DNA from: an uncultured Mycoplasmatota bacterium
GTDB lineage: Bacteria; Bacillota_I; Bacilli_A; RF39; UBA660
DNA length: 64,000 bases
Assembly (NCBI GenBank): GCA_900546275.1
Contig: URCH01000005.1
Location: 7,828-71,827, forward strand
Direction: 5' to 3'
Notes under the pieces: model-generated
What the model saw: only the letters and a program-made list of their open reading frames with translations
What the model was told of the DNA's origin: nothing
The model's database searches: none
In this document: positions 60,963 to 64,000 of the stretch, one piece after another
Numbering within the stretch: the stretch's first letter is position 1
Layout: each line of letters begins with the position of its first letter
Made by a program: the position numbers and the translations under genes

Positions 60963-63842
60963 CTAATCACCAAAATATTCTTTCATTTGTGCGTTTGACA
61001 AGCCAAATTGTGCTTTAGTTTGTGATAATAAATAATCTTCTCTTTTATCGATGTATTCTTTTAATTTATCAATATTTTCATTCCATTCCTCTATTGATGA
61101 ACCCCATCTTTTCATATCTCTTTCCATTTCGGGAGCTAATTTACTGTATATTTCGTCTAACTTTTTTAATATATTTTCTTTTTTCCATGTGTTTTTCATG
61201 TTATAGCTTAGTCGTTCTAAAAAAATCTTTTTGAATTCATCATTTTTCATCATATTTCTCATAAGTGAAGTATCTAAGTTATATCCTTCTTGCATCCCGT
61301 TTGGATTTAAAATGAAGGAATAATAGTTGTTTCTGTAGTTATACCATGCATAATCTAAATCATAAAATATAAAGTGTAATTTTCCATTATCAACATCTTT
61401 GTGTGAGAAAAACCTACAATTTATTATATCATTGTTAGTTACATAAAGTTCAGCTATCCAATAATCTGCCATGTTCTCAATGTTTATTTTTTCCTTAATG
61501 TAGTCATAATTTTTTTGTAATGCCATGTTGTTATTGTTAACATAATTAAGTATGGAAGTATAGAATTTAGATGTTCCAGCAGTAATTGTATTATCAATTC
61601 TCATTATATTAGCATCTTCTTCATTTACATTATAATGATTTGATATAAAAGTTTCATCAACTTTTTCTCTTATATTATATATACCATGATATTCACCATT
61701 TATGTAAAGAATTACCGATTTGTAGGCTTGCACATCTACAGATGTATATTCATCAACCATTGAAGTACCTAGAATGTCCCGTAGAAATGTCGTTTTATAA
61801 TCCTGAGAACCAGACCTTAAAACTAATGTGTCAAATGACGAAAAATCTCTGTTATCAAATACTTTATAGTTAAGTTTGGACTCTCCATATTTTTTCTTAA
61901 ATTTTAAGGCATAGCTTTTTTTAGGCAATGATCTAGTTGAACCACCAAATAGTTTTATTCCACAAGGAATACTGAAACTCTTGCCATTTTCATATAGTTC
62001 TGCGTATGCGCTATATTCTATGTTCGAATTAGTATTAGCTTCTAAAGTCCTAAATTCGTTTGGATTTAGAGAAACAGACATAACGGGAAGTGTATGATTT
62101 TCATTTACTATATAACTTTTAGTAACAACATTACTTTGTATCTTTCCATCCTCCTTCGACATTATTTTTAATACACTAGTTTTTTTTATAAAAAGAGGAC
62201 TTTTATATACATTCGAAGATGTTGTAGGTTTACTTCCATCTAATGTATAGTAAATAGTCCCAGGAGCATTTATGGCTATTTCTACAGAATCAACATTGTT
62301 ATAAATTCCAGAAGAAATACTTACAAGAGGTGTTGCAGAAATTTCTCTAGTTCCAGTATTATTTGATTTGTTAGGAGTAGGTGAACTAATATAGTAGAAT
62401 CCGTGCTGACCTCTACCATAACTATATCCGTTTGGTATGTTAGAAATCATTACAGAATCAATAATATTATTATCTTTAAACAAATATAATGATTCTGTCT
62501 TTGAAAGTTTAAAGTTAGCATGTATGTATGAATCGTTTGTAAGGTTTGAATCTCCTGATAACATTACAATATAGTATTCACCAGACTTAAGTGTTTTATC
62601 AGGTAAATTAAACATTTTTGTGTCTTTATTAGACAAGTTGTAATTTTTTAAATTTATCTCATGATTTGAATTGTTTTTTAATTCAACCCAACTATAATAG
62701 TTATTACCGTTTTGTGGCATATATGAGTAATTATTATTCATGACTTCATTAATTATTAAATCATCAGGTGTACTAATTTTCTCGTTAAATTTTTCAACCC
62801 CGTTACTATCGTTAGAATAACCCGGACTTATAACATTTGATTCTACAAATTGATTGTTAACTTTTATCATAGCTATTCCATTTTCCAAGTTTTTATATTC
62901 TTGTTTTTCGATAATTTTACCATTTTTTCCTAGTATAATAACTCCGTTTTTTGAGTTTAATTTAAAATTTGTTTCTATTATATCATTGTTCTTGTTTTTG
63001 CCAGACGTGTATAAAACTACAACTTCATTAGGCTTTAATATTTTATCAGGAAGATTATATTTAAATATAGAATTCATATTGTTAGGATCATCAGACGATG
63101 ACAATGTATAATTTTTTAAATTTATTTCTTCATCACCGGTATTGGTAAGTTCAATATATCCTAAAAATTGATCATTAATTTTGAAATTCCCATTATTTTT
63201 AGGTAAAAATTCTGTTATTTTTAATATATCTTCTTCTCCATTAAGACTTTCAATGTATTTATTGTATCCTTCGATTGTATTAGCAAATCCAGGAGTAACT
63301 TGTTCAAAAGTGTGCCAAATTCCATTCAAATCTCTTCCCATAGAAGTATTTTTATCTAAATTTGCTGTTTCGACTGCATCAATTACCTTTCCACTTGCGT
63401 TTGTTAGTGCTATTGTTTCTCCACCACCACTTTTGAGTTTAAAAGGTGCATATAATCCATTTTTTTGAGTTCCACATAGATTAACAATTAAGTATTCATT
63501 GCTTTTAATTGTAACTTCAGGAAATGCCCATTTAGATTTTTTCTTTTCATCGCTTAATCCATAGTTTTTTAAATTAATATCATTAGCTGTACCATTATAT
63601 AATTCTATAAAGTCACATACACTACCATCTTCGGAAGAATATACTCCATCGTTTGAGGTTACTATTTCATTAATCAATAGTTTTGAAATAGTATTCTTTC
63701 CATTTTCTTCTAAGTCTTTAGTTTCTAATTTATTATTTTTACTTATAAACAAACTTAATAGTATAAACAAAATTATAACCAAAAAGCTAATTAAAAAGAA
63801 AAGTTTATTTTTTTTAAATTCCTCTTTTTTTATATCAAACAT
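60963..63842 (-). CDS. cotH: Membrane-anchored CotH-family kinase-like protein with three lamin-tail domains
   Basis: TM anchor LFFLISFLVIILFILLSLFI. Three LTDs: LLINEIVTSN..CDFIELYNG, LKITEFLPKN..GYIELTNTG, LIINEVMNNN..SWVELKNNS. A chitobiase-C-like segment (TIYYTLDGSKPTTSS). CotH core ..LVLRSGSQDYKTTFLRD..LYINGEYHGIYNIREKVD... Start moved to ATG 63842 (MFDIKKEE). Confidence 0.85.
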   Translation of the reverse strand: MFDIKKEEFKKNKLFFLISFLVIILFILLSLFISKNNKLETKDLEENGKNTISKLLINEIVTSNDGVYSSEDGSVCDFIELYNGTANDINLKNYGLSDEKKKSKWAFPEVTIKSNEYLIVNLCGTQKNGLYAPFKLKSGGGETIALTNASGKVIDAVETANLDKNTSMGRDLNGIWHTFEQVTPGFANTIEGYNKYIESLNGEEDILKITEFLPKNNGNFKINDQFLGYIELTNTGDEEINLKNYTLSSSDDPNNMNSIFKYNLPDKILKPNEVVVLYTSGKNKNNDIIETNFKLNSKNGVIILGKNGKIIEKQEYKNLENGIAMIKVNNQFVESNVISPGYSNDSNGVEKFNEKISTPDDLIINEVMNNNYSYMPQNGNNYYSWVELKNNSNHEINLKNYNLSNKDTKMFNLPDKTLKSGEYYIVMLSGDSNLTNDSYIHANFKLSKTESLYLFKDNNIIDSVMISNIPNGYSYGRGQHGFYYISSPTPNKSNNTGTREISATPLVSISSGIYNNVDSVEIAINAPGTIYYTLDGSKPTTSSNVYKSPLFIKKTSVLKIMSKEDGKIQSNVVTKSYIVNENHTLPVMSVSLNPNEFRTLEANTNSNIEYSAYAELYENGKSFSIPCGIKLFGGSTRSLPKKSYALKFKKKYGESKLNYKVFDNRDFSSFDTLVLRSGSQDYKTTFLRDILGTSMVDEYTSVDVQAYKSVILYINGEYHGIYNIREKVDETFISNHYNVNEEDANIMRIDNTITAGTSKFYTSILNYVNNNNMALQKNYDYIKEKINIENMADYWIAELYVTNNDIINCRFFSHKDVDNGKLHFIFYDLDYAWYNYRNNYYSFILNPNGMQEGYNLDTSLMRNMMKNDEFKKIFLERLSYNMKNTWKKENILKKLDEIYSKLAPEMERDMKRWGSSIEEWNENIDKLKEYIDKREDYLLSQTKAQFGLSNAQMKEYFGD

Positions 63843-64000
63843 ATAACACAACCTCTTACTTTTATTAATCAAATAAATCTTATCACATAAAATTAAATAT
63901 ATCAATAATACAAAAATATAAAATCAAAAAAATATATATCAAAAATTTGAAATTCCTATCTGGAAAAATTTATATTTTGTATTCTACCATTTAAGTATAT

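Overview
Very AT-rich chromosomal segment of a spore-forming low-GC Firmicute (Clostridia-like; the organism cannot be named from the sequence alone). The backbone genes are a cold-shock protein, long-form HPF, SecA, TrpRS, a NifU-like protein, an S1-domain protein and two tRNA operons (12 tRNAs, all with encoded CCA). Spore-surface genes are scattered through the window: a BclA-like collagen protein divergent from a GT2/TPR glycosyltransferase, a CotY/CotZ-like protein, and a CotH-VTC-DUF4956 triad. Accessory content includes an orphan agrBD quorum-sensing pair whose 37-codon agrD is absent from the ORF track, and a vWA/MIDAS gene behind a structured leader. It also includes a tightly coupled five-gene operon with two radical-SAM-type enzymes, a frameshifted IS30 copy and an orphan MvaI/BcnI-type endonuclease next to the tRNA cluster. 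The window is dominated (16972-42225, about 25 kb) by a four-gene cohesin-dockerin surface system with no recognisable enzymes. Its first gene encodes a 4813-aa dockerin protein with four ALK/LTK-type glycine-rich modules and about 38 cadherin-like beta-sandwich repeats. The others encode a 2235-aa cohesin-plus-dockerin adaptor and two membrane-anchored cohesin proteins. This is my best candidate for an undescribed system. No rRNA, CRISPR array or prophage was seen. All calls come from reading the sequence and remembered family motifs; no searches were run.
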